Below are positions 20,498 through 29,377 of a DNA stretch of 43,752 nt, piece after piece. The translations under genes and the position numbers were made by a program. How positions within the stretch are numbered: the first letter of the stretch is position 1; each line of letters starts with the position of its first letter. The notes beneath the pieces are model-generated. The model was not told the DNA's origin. It worked only from the letters and a program-made list of their open reading frames with translations, and searched no databases. Source of the DNA: Nitrospirota bacterium (GTDB lineage Bacteria; Nitrospirota; Thermodesulfovibrionia; Thermodesulfovibrionales; JdFR-88); contig JAJYLE010000003.1 of NCBI GenBank assembly GCA_021788025.1, forward strand, positions 1 to 43,752. Direction: 5' to 3'.

Positions 20498-21257
20498 TTT
20501 GAAAAAAGTGTTCGGAAGACCGCGCGCCCTTAAAGAAGGCGTCCGGTTCCATTATTGCCCCGGCTGCGGCCACAGCATCCTGCACAGGATTGTGGCGGAG
20601 TGCGTGGACGAACTGGGCATCCGGGAGCGCGCTATCGGAATAGCCCCGGTAGGGTGCGCTGTTTATGCCTACGACTATTTCGATTTCGATATGATAGAGG
20701 TCCCTCACGGCAGGCCGCCAGCCGCGGCAACCGGGTTGAAACGCGTTCTGCCAGACAGGATTTTGATCTCTTACCAGGGCGACGGGGATCTGGCTGCCAT
20801 AGGCACAGCGGAGATAGTGCACGCCGCCAACCGCGGAGAAAATATAACTGTAATATTTGTAAATAACGCCATATACGGCATGACCGGCGGACAGATGGCC
20901 CCAACTACAATACTTGGGCAGAAGACCACCACAACGCCTCTTGGCCGCCAGGCGGGACCAGCCGGTTATCCGCTTAAAGTATGCGAGCTCCTGGCCGCCC
21001 TGGATGCCCCGGCCTTTATTGCAAGGAGTTCAGTAGACAATCCCAAAAACGTGGCCGCCACCAAGAAACTTATAAAACAGGCCCTTCAATATCAGATAGA
21101 CGGCAGGGGATTCTCCATGGTTGAGGTGTTATCCCCCTGCCCAACAGACTGGAAGCTCTCTCCGTCCGAATCCCTCAAGTGGATTTCAGGCCCATTAATG
21201 GAAGTTTTCCCCACGGGCATATTCAGGGACAAATATCAGGGAAAAGATGTCTCCTGA
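20481..21257 (+). CDS. 2-oxoacid:ferredoxin oxidoreductase beta subunit (TPP-binding)
   Basis: YCPGCGH, PVGC, HGR, GDGDLAAIG...NN, YGMTGGQMAPT, SPCPT. TTG at 20499 is an alternative start. Confidence 0.93.
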   Translation: MRESADLKKVFGRPRALKEGVRFHYCPGCGHSILHRIVAECVDELGIRERAIGIAPVGCAVYAYDYFDFDMIEVPHGRPPAAATGLKRVLPDRILISYQGDGDLAAIGTAEIVHAANRGENITVIFVNNAIYGMTGGQMAPTTILGQKTTTTPLGRQAGPAGYPLKVCELLAALDAPAFIARSSVDNPKNVAATKKLIKQALQYQIDGRGFSMVEVLSPCPTDWKLSPSESLKWISGPLMEVFPTGIFRDKYQGKDVS

Positions 21258-21828
21258 ATCCTCGCGCTGCGGACAGGCGGCAAATGACAACACACGGGCG
21301 GTGCTGCTGGCCGGTTCCGGCGGGCAGGGGATTCTGTTTGCCGGGAAGCTCCTTGCACAGGCCGCGCTGGACGAAGATAAAAACGTTACATGGTTCCCCT
21401 CTTACGGGGCCGAGGTAAGAGGAGGCACGGCAAACTGCACTGTGGTTATTTCCGGCGGGCAGATAGGCTCCCCGATTGTGGGCTACCCTGACGTGCTTGT
21501 GATCTTAAACAACGCCTCGCTAAACAGGTTTACCCCAAGGCTGAAGCCAGGAGGGGCGCTTATAGTCAATACATCATTGATAGATGAAGCGGCCGCAAAA
21601 GAGACAGGCAAAATCTTTCTGGGAGTGCCGGCAGGCGGTATTGCACTGAAGCTGGGCGATACCCTGGCCGCAAATATGGTGATGCTTGGGGCTGCCGCGC
21701 GGGAGGCCGCCCTCTGCGGGCTGGATGCGCTTAAAAACGCGCTCCGGGAACTGGCCGCGGGCAAAAAGGCACTGCTGGAATTGAATCTGAAAGCGCTTGA
21801 CGAGGGTTGGAATTACCGTGCCGGTTAG
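21247..21828 (+). CDS. 2-oxoacid:ferredoxin oxidoreductase gamma subunit
   Basis: AGSGGQG, PSYGAEVRGGTANC, ANMVMLG, NLKAL. Confidence 0.93.
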   Translation: MSPESSRCGQAANDNTRAVLLAGSGGQGILFAGKLLAQAALDEDKNVTWFPSYGAEVRGGTANCTVVISGGQIGSPIVGYPDVLVILNNASLNRFTPRLKPGGALIVNTSLIDEAAAKETGKIFLGVPAGGIALKLGDTLAANMVMLGAAAREAALCGLDALKNALRELAAGKKALLELNLKALDEGWNYRAG

Positions 21829-22276
21829 GAAAGCGCTAGTCCCGGAGATAAAGCAGGTGCATCTGCTTATAAACGAGTTTGCCCGACACTATGAGATGCT
21901 TCCAAGGAGCCTTTCAGACCTCTATGCCCATGTAAGGGACATCTTCGTCTTTGAAAAAGGCGGGAAAATACTGGGCGTTTGCGCCCTGCATGTCCTTTGG
22001 GACGATCTGGCCGAGATACGTTCCCTTGCCGTCAAGGAAGGCCACCAGAGAAAAGGTATAGGCGAGGCCCTAGTAAGAAAGTGTGTTTCCGAGGCCGGCA
22101 AGCTGGGGGTCCCTAAAGTGTTTGCTCTCACATACGTGCCTGAGTTCTTCAATAAACTTGGGTTCGAGGAGATAAAGCGGTCCAGGCTGCCTAAAAGGAT
22201 TTGGGGCGACTGCATCAATTGCCATAAATTCCCGGACTGCGACGAGCACGCGCTGATAAAGGTGATTGGGGAATAA
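21818..22276 (+). CDS. GNAT N-acetyltransferase (short ArgA-like amino-acid N-acetyltransferase)
   Basis: MLPRS, LAEIRSLAV, QRKGIG, VFALTY, C-terminal CINCHKFPDCDE; GTG 21818 is the probable start. Confidence 0.85.
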   Translation: MPVRKALVPEIKQVHLLINEFARHYEMLPRSLSDLYAHVRDIFVFEKGGKILGVCALHVLWDDLAEIRSLAVKEGHQRKGIGEALVRKCVSEAGKLGVPKVFALTYVPEFFNKLGFEEIKRSRLPKRIWGDCINCHKFPDCDEHALIKVIGE

Positions 22277-22926
22277 TGCTGAAAATCGGCGTCCTGGCCT
22301 CCGGCAGAGGGTCCAACTTCCAGGCCGTGCTGGATGCCATAAAGGCCGGGAAAATAAAGTCTGAAATAAAAGTCCTGATAAGCGACAAGGCCAATGCCTT
22401 CGCGCTTGAAAGGGCGAAACAAAACGGCATAGAGGCCCTCCATATAAGCGCTAAGGCTTTCCCTTCCATGGACGAATATTTCGTGGCCGTTGCTGAGGAA
22501 CTGAAAAAAAGAGATATAGGGCTGGTGCTTCTGGCGGGTTTCATGCGGATTGTAAGGCGGCCGCTTCTGGATGCCTTCCCATGGAAGGTGATGAATATTC
22601 ACCCTGCCCTCCTGCCGTCTTTCCCGGGGCTGCACGGGCAGCAGCAGGCAGTGGATTACGGGGCAAGGATTTCGGGCTGCACCGTCCACTTTGTGGATGC
22701 CGGAATGGATACCGGCCCTGTGATAATCCAGGCAGCCGTGGCCTGCAACGCAGATGACACGGAAGACACATTGTCTGAAAGGATTCTCAAATATGAGCAT
22801 ATCATATATCCAGAGGCAGTAAGGCTCTTTGCCGAGGGCAGACTGGATGTAAAGGGCAGGAAGGTTTTCATAAAAGACAGCAGACCGTATCCCACGGACG
22901 CAATCATCAACCCGCCTGTTGAATAA
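22276..22926 (+). CDS. purN: Phosphoribosylglycinamide formyltransferase
   Basis: SGRGSNFQA, LAGFMRI, NIHPALLPSFPG, GCTVHFVD, DTGP. Confidence 0.97.
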   Translation: MLKIGVLASGRGSNFQAVLDAIKAGKIKSEIKVLISDKANAFALERAKQNGIEALHISAKAFPSMDEYFVAVAEELKKRDIGLVLLAGFMRIVRRPLLDAFPWKVMNIHPALLPSFPGLHGQQQAVDYGARISGCTVHFVDAGMDTGPVIIQAAVACNADDTEDTLSERILKYEHIIYPEAVRLFAEGRLDVKGRKVFIKDSRPYPTDAIINPPVE

Positions 22927-22995
22927 GCAGTAAATTACGCATCTCCTAATTCCGTTCCGGTTGTCATCGGCATATCCTTGTGTTAACTTTATCTC

Positions 22996-24405
22996 ATGCA
23001 AAGGAAAGCAAAAATAATCTGTACCATCGGGCCTGTCACGATCAGCGGAGCGATGATCAGAGGTCTTATAAAAAGCGGCATGAATGTGGCGCGCCTGAAT
23101 TTTTCACACGGCACGCACGCCTTTCATGAGGAAGCGGTGAAGACTATCCGGCATGAGTCCGCCAGGCTGAAAAAGAATGTGGCGATAATGCTCGACTTGC
23201 AGGGCATCAAAATCCGCCTGGGCACCCTGCGCGGCGGGCAGGTAGAGCTGAAAAAAGGCCACGTCGTAACCATAAGGAAAGGCGGAGGGCCCGGAGATGA
23301 AAACACGATATACATCAGGTATCCGCACCTGATAGAGGCATCCGAAGAGGGCCAGCGCGTACTGTTAAGCGACGGCCTCATAGAATTGCAGATAACGGAA
23401 AAGGGGACTGATTACCTGACAGCATCAGTAAAGACCGGCGGCATCCTGAAAGAAAAAAAAGGCGTGAACCTGCCGGGGCTCAAACCGCTGGATGTCTCCT
23501 TCACCAAAAAAGACGAAGCGGACCTCCTCTTCGGCCTTAAAATGGGGATAGATTACGTTGCCCTCTCCTTCGTGCGCACCGGCAGCGACGTGCTTGCGTT
23601 GAAGGAATTCCTTAAAAGGCAAAACGCCAACGGACTGCCGGTAATAGCGAAGATAGAAACCCCGCAGGCGATCAGAAATCTGGATGAGATATTGCCGCTG
23701 GTTGACGGGATCATGGTGGCCAGGGGTGACCTTGGCGTGGAGATACCGCCGGAGAACGTTCCTGTGGCGCAAAAGTCCATTGTGGAAAAGGCCAACAGGG
23801 CGGGAAAATTCGTCATCATCGCTACGGAGATGCTGGAGAGCATGACCGAGCGCCCCCGCCCCACCAGGGCCGAAACAACAGATGTGTCAAATGCCATACT
23901 GGATGGCGCGGACGCGGTGATGCTGTCACAGGAGACATCGGTGGGGAAATACCCGCTTGAGGCCGCCGGCATGATGGGCAGGATCATAGAGGAAACGGAG
24001 CTGTCACTGCCGATAATAAGCCGCTACCAGCAGAAAGGGACGTTCTCGGAGGCTGTGGCGCGGGCGGCAACCGACGCCGCACATAGCGTAAAGGCCAAAT
24101 ACATCATAGCGTTTACCCAGTCCGGCTCCACTGCGCGGCTTATCTCCATGCTCCGCCCGGATACTGAAATAATCGCTTTCAGCCCCTCAGAGCACGTGCT
24201 CAGGCGCATGGCGTTGTGCTGGGGTGTGCGTGCCCGCAAAATAAAAAAATTAAAGAGCATGGACGCCCAGTTCAAAGAAGTGGAAAAAGCCCTGGTATCC
24301 GAGAGGCTGGCAAAAACAGGCGATATAATCGTTATAACAGCAGGCGTGCCGAACCAGCAAGGCACTACCCGCCTGATGAAGCTGCACGTAATAGGAAAAG
24401 AATAA
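22996..24405 (+). CDS. pyk: Pyruvate kinase
   Basis: KIICTIGP, ARLNFSHG, IAKIE, MVARGDLGVE, PTRAE, DAVMLS. Confidence 0.97.
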   Translation: MQRKAKIICTIGPVTISGAMIRGLIKSGMNVARLNFSHGTHAFHEEAVKTIRHESARLKKNVAIMLDLQGIKIRLGTLRGGQVELKKGHVVTIRKGGGPGDENTIYIRYPHLIEASEEGQRVLLSDGLIELQITEKGTDYLTASVKTGGILKEKKGVNLPGLKPLDVSFTKKDEADLLFGLKMGIDYVALSFVRTGSDVLALKEFLKRQNANGLPVIAKIETPQAIRNLDEILPLVDGIMVARGDLGVEIPPENVPVAQKSIVEKANRAGKFVIIATEMLESMTERPRPTRAETTDVSNAILDGADAVMLSQETSVGKYPLEAAGMMGRIIEETELSLPIISRYQQKGTFSEAVARAATDAAHSVKAKYIIAFTQSGSTARLISMLRPDTEIIAFSPSEHVLRRMALCWGVRARKIKKLKSMDAQFKEVEKALVSERLAKTGDIIVITAGVPNQQGTTRLMKLHVIGKE

Positions 24406-24428
24406 AACCCCGCCCCGCCATAAATCGG

Positions 24429-25052
24429 TCAGCTGGCATCAAAAGGCAGTTCCAGCGTCAGGACATGATTAAATGTTTTCCTGTGAATAGGACAGGGGCC
24501 AAGCTTGCTTACAATCTCCATGTGCTCCCGCGTACAATAGCCCTTGTGCCTGTCAAAACCATATTCGGGATAAAGCTTGTGATAATACGCCATCAGCCTG
24601 TCCCTGATGTATTTGGCCACAACGGAAGCGGCCGCTATGGAAGCGCTATGTAACTCGCCCTTGATTATGGAGACCTGCTCCACAGGCACTTCAGGGAGTT
24701 TTACGGCATCGATAAGCAGAAGGTCCGGCTTTTCGTTAAGATGCTCCAGCGCCCTTCGCATAGCCAGCCTGGAGGCCTGGTAAATATTTATATTCTCGAT
24801 GGTCTCAACGTCCGCTATGCCCACGCCTACGTCAATAGCGGAAGCAATGACCCTTTCGAAAATCCGCTTCCTGTCTTTTTCCGGGATCAGCTTGGAGTCC
24901 CGCAGGCCCTTAATAACCCTGCCTTCAGGCAGAACAGCCGCGGCGGCCACAACGGGCCCGGCCAGAGGGCCGCGGCCTGCCTCGTCCAGCCCGGCTATCC
25001 TGGCAAAACCCCTGGCCCTGAATGAATTATCGTAGCTGTAAAGGCCGGCCAC
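24429..25052 (-). CDS. rnhB: Ribonuclease HII
   Basis: GLDEAGRGPLAGPV, DSK, SIAAASVVAK, HKGY, IHRKTF. Confidence 0.96.
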   Translation of the reverse strand: MAGLYSYDNSFRARGFARIAGLDEAGRGPLAGPVVAAAAVLPEGRVIKGLRDSKLIPEKDRKRIFERVIASAIDVGVGIADVETIENINIYQASRLAMRRALEHLNEKPDLLLIDAVKLPEVPVEQVSIIKGELHSASIAAASVVAKYIRDRLMAYYHKLYPEYGFDRHKGYCTREHMEIVSKLGPCPIHRKTFNHVLTLELPFDAS

Positions 25053-25078
25053 AGCTCGCCGCCCGGATGGGAACCGGC

Positions 25079-25429
25079 TTACGCCTTTACCGCCTTCCTC
25101 TCCTTGAGCCTGGCGGCCTTGCCTTTTTTCTCCCTCAGGTAATAGAGCTTGGCCCGCCTGACAACGCCCTGCCTCAGTACTTTTATGCTCTCGATAAAAG
25201 GCGAATGGACCGGGAATATCCTTTCCACGCCCACGCCGAAAGATATCTTCCTTATAGTGAATGTCTCCCTGATGCCGCCATTTTTCCTGGCGATAACCAC
25301 GCCCTCAAAGGGCTGGATCCTTTCCTTGTCGCCCTCTTTTACCTTGGCCATTATACGGACGGTGTCGCCAATCTGGAACCGGGGGACCTCCCTTTTAAAC
25401 CCTTCCTCTATCGAATTAATCATGTCCAT
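25079..25429 (-). CDS. rplS: 50S ribosomal protein L19
   Basis: [32 protein letters not shown]. Confidence 0.98.
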   Translation of the reverse strand: MDMINSIEEGFKREVPRFQIGDTVRIMAKVKEGDKERIQPFEGVVIARKNGGIRETFTIRKISFGVGVERIFPVHSPFIESIKVLRQGVVRRAKLYYLREKKGKAARLKERKAVKA

Positions 25430-26162
25430 ATTCTTCCTCCTTTATTTCCTTTAACAATTTCATGTCCTGCGCCGACAGCGTCTCCTTTTCCAGGAGCTCC
25501 GGCCTGCGGGCCAGCGTTCTTTTCAGGGCCTGTTTCCGCCTCCACCGGGCAATCTCCGCATGATTGCCTGAAAGCAGCGCTTCCGGCACCTTCATCCCCA
25601 TCCACTCTGCCGGCCTTGTGTAATGGGGAAAATCAAGCGTCCCGGCCTGGAAAGACTCCTCCGCGCTGGATTCCTCATCACCCAGCGCGCCGGGTATCAG
25701 CCTGACGACGGCGTCTATTATAACCAAAGCCGGCAACTCTCCGCCAGTTAATACATAATCCCCGATGGAGAGCTCGTCGTCAACCAGCGACAACACCCTT
25801 TCGTCCACCCCCTCATACCTGCCGGCCAGAAAAAGCAGCCTTCCGGAGTCCAGGGCCAGCCCCTTAGCCTCCGCCTGCGTAAAAACCCTGCCCTGCGGGC
25901 TCATAAGTATTACCCTTGTGGGCACGCCATCGGATTTAACGTGCTCTACCGCCCTGAAGAGCGGCTCGGGCTTCATCACCATCCCCGGGCCTCCGCCGTA
26001 AGGGTAATCGTCCACCACTTTATGCCTGCCTTCGGCAAAGTCCCTCTGGTTAAACACGCCGAAACGGACAAGCCCTTTATCGGCAGCCCTTTTCATTATG
26101 CTCATCCCGAAATAAGCATGGAAAAGCTCCGGAAAGATGGTAACTACGGCAAAACTTTTCAT
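25416..26162 (-). CDS. trmD: tRNA (guanine-37-N1)-methyltransferase
   Basis: [43 protein letters not shown]. Confidence 0.97.
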   Translation of the reverse strand: MKSFAVVTIFPELFHAYFGMSIMKRAADKGLVRFGVFNQRDFAEGRHKVVDDYPYGGGPGMVMKPEPLFRAVEHVKSDGVPTRVILMSPQGRVFTQAEAKGLALDSGRLLFLAGRYEGVDERVLSLVDDELSIGDYVLTGGELPALVIIDAVVRLIPGALGDEESSAEESFQAGTLDFPHYTRPAEWMGMKVPEALLSGNHAEIARWRRKQALKRTLARRPELLEKETLSAQDMKLLKEIKEEEYGHD

Positions 26163-26174
26163 TATTAAATAAAT

Positions 26175-26204
26175 TCAGGGGGTTTCAGTTAAAAAACCCC
26201 CTGA
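26175..26204 (-). terminator. Intrinsic terminator/attenuator hairpin between khpA and trmD
   Basis: Perfect 11-bp inverted repeat TCAGGGGGTTT-N8-AAACCCCCTGA, followed on the minus strand by ATTTATTT. Confidence 0.6.
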
Positions 26205-26229
26205 CAGGTATTGCTTTTTGTAATGGCGG

Positions 26230-26460
26230 CTATTCCAGTATTTCCAGCACGCACCGCTTTCCGATCTTGGTGCCGGCCGCGCTTAGTATAGTCCTCATGG
26301 CGCGCGCCGTCTTGCCTTGCTTCCCTATTACCTTGCCAAGATCGTTGTTGTCCACCCTAAGCTCGAAGACCGTGGTTCTCTCCCCTTCCACCTCGGTTAC
26401 AGCTACGCTTTCCGGCTTATCCACCAGCGCCTTCGCCATCGCCTCGATCAAAGCTTTCAT
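26230..26460 (-). CDS. khpA: KH-domain RNA-binding protein KhpA
   Basis: [23 protein letters not shown] (GxxG loop); located directly after rpsP. Confidence 0.93.
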   Translation of the reverse strand: MKALIEAMAKALVDKPESVAVTEVEGERTTVFELRVDNNDLGKVIGKQGKTARAMRTILSAAGTKIGKRCVLEILE

Positions 26461-26483
26461 GGATCAGATGCCCCCCGCCGGCA

Positions 26484-26729
26484 TCAGGCTGTAAGCACAC
26501 CAGCCTTTTCAAGCAGTTTTTTTACAGTGACAGTGGGCTGGGCCCCGTGCTTAAGCCACTTCAGGGCCTTTTCACGGTCAACATTGAACTCATAAGGGTT
26601 CTTTTTGGGGTCGTAGGTGCCGATAATCTCTACAAAAGGCCCGTCGCGCCTGGCCCTCGACTCAGCAACCACCACCCTGTAAAAGGGAGCTTTATGCTTC
26701 CCAAGTCTGGTCAATCTTATCTTTGTCAA
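26484..26729 (-). CDS. rpsP: 30S ribosomal protein S16
   Basis: [28 protein letters not shown]; TTG start with GGAGG SD. Confidence 0.97.
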   Translation of the reverse strand: MTKIRLTRLGKHKAPFYRVVVAESRARRDGPFVEIIGTYDPKKNPYEFNVDREKALKWLKHGAQPTVTVKKLLEKAGVLTA

Positions 26730-26808
26730 AAGCTGAACCTCCGTTTAAACTCTTTTAAAATTGCCTACGATTTTAATATATCCGCGCCATAAAGTAAAGC
26801 TTGGGCTT

Positions 26809-27543
26809 TTAAAGCCCGATGTCAATATTGGGGAAAAACCGGGACAGAAGCTTTATCTTATTGGACAAAAGCAGCACCCCGAAGCCCATCAGCACCACTC
26901 CGCTTGTAAGCATTATGTATTTCATGTGCTTCAGAAAACGCCTGGAGTAAAGCAGAAAGGAATTTATGGCCAGCCCGGCGGCAAGAAACGGCACGGCAAG
27001 GCCAAGTGAATAAGTGGCAAGCAGCTTAAGCCCGTAAGCTGCGGAGCCTTTGGAAGTGGCATAAAGCAGGATGCTGCCAAGTATCGGCCCGATGCACGGG
27101 GTCCATCCGGCGGCAAACGTCATGCCAATAACAAACGCGCCCAGATACCCCACGGGCCGCCCGTGCAGGTGTATCTTTCTCTCCCTCATAAGAAAATCCA
27201 GCTTTACTATGCCCGAGATGAAAAGGCCGAATATTATTACGAGCACTCCCCCAACAGTCCTTATCGTGCCCTCATATTCCATCAGCCACCGCCCTATCAT
27301 TGAAGAAGACGCGCCAAGGCCTATGAATATGCTGGAAAAGCCCAGCACAAAGGCAACCGAGTTGGCAAATGTAAGCCGCTTTATCCTGGCATGGTCCTGA
27401 ATGGAATCTTTCCCCGCCGTAAGGCTTTCAAATGAAAAACCTGTTATGAAGGACACATATGACGGTACAAGCGGCAAAACGCAGGGCGACAGGAACGACA
27501 GCAGGCCGGCCAGAAAGGCAAGAGGGAAACTTATGTCCTTCAT
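26809..27543 (-). CDS. ccdA: Cytochrome c biogenesis protein CcdA
   Basis: AGLLSFLSPCVLPLVP and GWTPCIGPIL redox Cys motifs; about six TM helices. Confidence 0.93.
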   Translation of the reverse strand: MKDISFPLAFLAGLLSFLSPCVLPLVPSYVSFITGFSFESLTAGKDSIQDHARIKRLTFANSVAFVLGFSSIFIGLGASSSMIGRWLMEYEGTIRTVGGVLVIIFGLFISGIVKLDFLMRERKIHLHGRPVGYLGAFVIGMTFAAGWTPCIGPILGSILLYATSKGSAAYGLKLLATYSLGLAVPFLAAGLAINSFLLYSRRFLKHMKYIMLTSGVVLMGFGVLLLSNKIKLLSRFFPNIDIGL

Positions 27544-28022
27544 GCCGCGCAGTCCTCACCGGAACCCCCGGCCTTTTCAACGGCGTGGGGGATTACATCA
27601 AGCACTGCTTCCAACCCTTCGCGCACAGCCGTGGGGCTGCCGGGCAGGTTTATTATCAGGCAGCACCCCCTGGTGCCGGCAACAGCCCTGGAAAGCATGG
27701 CCCTCTTTGTTTTTAAAAGGCCGTGCGCCCTAATCGCCTCCGGTATGCCGGGGATCTCTTTTTCAAGGATTTCTCTTGTCACCTCCGGGGTAATGTCCCT
27801 GGGGCCAAGCCCCGTGCCGCCCGTGGTTATTACAAGGTCCGCCAGCATGGCGTATTTTAACAATTGCTCCCTCAATATATCCTTTTCGTCCGGTATAAGC
27901 TCGTAATAATGGGTCTCTATGCCGGCCTGGCCAAGCATTTCCTTTATCACATCCGCGCTGGTGTCCTGCCGCTGCCCTGCGGCACCCTTATCGCTTAACG
28001 TGATTATCGCGGCCTTGATCAT
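27540..28022 (-). CDS. mog: Molybdopterin adenylyltransferase (MogA/MoaB family)
   Basis: ITLSD, IPDE, TTGGTGLGPRDITPE, AMLSR, NLPGSP. Confidence 0.9.
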   Translation of the reverse strand: MIKAAIITLSDKGAAGQRQDTSADVIKEMLGQAGIETHYYELIPDEKDILREQLLKYAMLADLVITTGGTGLGPRDITPEVTREILEKEIPGIPEAIRAHGLLKTKRAMLSRAVAGTRGCCLIINLPGSPTAVREGLEAVLDVIPHAVEKAGGSGEDCAA

Positions 28023-28471
28023 AAAGGTGTAACCGGATCGCCTTTTTTAACGCGCCCGCCCCTGAGCACTTTTGCAAATATCCCTTCCCTGGGCATTATG
28101 CAGTCCCCCGCCAGCCTGTATATCTCGCATCTGGAATGGCACTTCTTGCCTATCTGCGTAATCTCAACCTCCGCCGGGCCGATCCTGAGCTTGTCCCCCA
28201 GTTTAAGGCCCGTCAGGTCTATTCCTTCTGTGGTAATGTTCTCGGCAAAATCCCCGGCGCCTACATCAAGCCCCTTTGCCTTCATCTTCCCGATGCTCTC
28301 CAACTGAAGGAGGCTTACCTGGCGGCCCCATTCTCCGGAGGCATGGGCGTCCCCTTCCATCCCGAAGCCCTCTTTCAGATGGCCTTCCGGAACGGGCGTT
28401 TTACGCATGCCCTTTTTTTCGCTAAGGTTTACAGATGCTACCTTTCCCACAGAGCTTATTATACCCGCCAA
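28019..28471 (-). CDS. MOSC domain protein
   Basis: GDAHA, RQVSLL, GDFAENITT, TQIGKKCH, CIMPREGIF; TTG start with GAGGGG SD. Confidence 0.9.
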   Translation of the reverse strand: MAGIISSVGKVASVNLSEKKGMRKTPVPEGHLKEGFGMEGDAHASGEWGRQVSLLQLESIGKMKAKGLDVGAGDFAENITTEGIDLTGLKLGDKLRIGPAEVEITQIGKKCHSRCEIYRLAGDCIMPREGIFAKVLRGGRVKKGDPVTPL

Positions 28472-28757
28472 GCCCCTCTTTTTTATATGTTCAAAGCAAA
28501 TTCCAATTTTTCAGCATTTGCGGGGGCTTAGCCACTTTTTTTGTTCAAGCTGTTCAATCTTTGCCATGGATTAGAATCCGCTTTCCCGGCGCAATTGCCT
28601 GAAAGAAGGGGCCGCAGGCCGGATGGGGGCCCGACACCGCCCATCTTAGCCTGGAAGGCCATGACATTGTCAATATGACATGCGTCAGGGGGTTGATATC
28701 AATTCATTTTGAAAAAATCTGAAATTCAATACTCCTGCGGGTAGCAAACAATACATG

Positions 28758-28796
28758 AAAAAGGCCCTCCTATAATTAAAGGAGAGTTCCCCTTCG
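28758..28796 (-). terminator. Probable intrinsic terminator of the NifB/NifX-family gene
   Basis: Minus strand AAGG..CTCTCCT-ttaattat-AGGAGGG-CCTTTTT: stem-loop ending in a T run. Confidence 0.55.
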
Positions 28797-28825
28797 AATG
28801 CTTTTTTTTTGCAGTCCACGCGTAT

Positions 28826-29176
28826 TCATTGGGCAAAACCGCTGTGGCCGGCGCAGTTGCGTTTAAAGTTAGGCAGGCTCTGGCGCTCGAATGCCTCCAG
28901 ATTTTTTTTTACCGTTCCTTTAATCGATTGCAAGGCCCCTATCCCCGCGTCCTCCAGTGCAACCACAACCCCATCGACCAGACTCTCAACGATCACAATG
29001 TCCACACGTTCACTTACCAAAGCCTTTAAGGGAATGCCCCCTTGCAATTCATTGTTTATAGTTTTTTTCTTTTTAGTTTTAGCATCAAAAATAAGCAGCG
29101 CAGGAGCTGAGCCGAAATCTTCATAGACCACGCTATCGAGGCCCTCATCTTTTTCGATTGGAAAGCAGAGTTTCAT
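28826..29176 (-). CDS. NifB/NifX family (FeMo-cofactor-binding domain) protein, divergent
   Basis: MKLCFP, DSVVY.DFGSAP, GTVKKNLEAF, C-terminal CAGH; SD AAGGAG. Confidence 0.7.
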   Translation of the reverse strand: MKLCFPIEKDEGLDSVVYEDFGSAPALLIFDAKTKKKKTINNELQGGIPLKALVSERVDIVIVESLVDGVVVALEDAGIGALQSIKGTVKKNLEAFERQSLPNFKRNCAGHSGFAQ

Positions 29177-29202
29177 TGATTGTCTCCTTTTTTGCTTATA
29201 GG

Positions 29203-29231
29203 ATTATAAGAAAAAATAATCTTAAAGTCAA
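29203..29231 (-). promoter_or_regulatory. Near-consensus sigma-70 promoter for the NifB/NifX-family gene
   Basis: Minus strand TTGACT (29231-29226), 17-nt spacer, TATAAT (29208-29203). Confidence 0.75.
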
Positions 29232-29377
29232 TTTATAATTTTAAACATATTTAAATTAAAAAATCAGGAGGGCAACATGTCAAAACAGACTTCCGATTAA
29301 GCTGCCCCCCGGATGCTTTAGCCGGGCGGACTCGGGCATAATAACAAGACTGCCACGCCTGGCTCGCAATTACAATT

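Noticed and set aside
21922-23001. 359-aa minus-strand ORF
   Set aside because: Antisense to the GNAT and purN genes; no motifs.
28472-28567. In-frame upstream extension of the MOSC gene (ATG 28567, MAKIEQLEQKKWLSPRKC-TGA-KIG...) resembling a Cys-Sec read-through
   Set aside because: No hairpin follows the TGA (AT-rich sequence), and TTG 28471 has a good SD and gives a complete MOSC protein; probably chance.
28686-28828. Read-through of the NifB/NifX-like TGA stop
   Set aside because: The protein is already family length, the stop is not at a Cys-like position, and a terminator-like hairpin follows.
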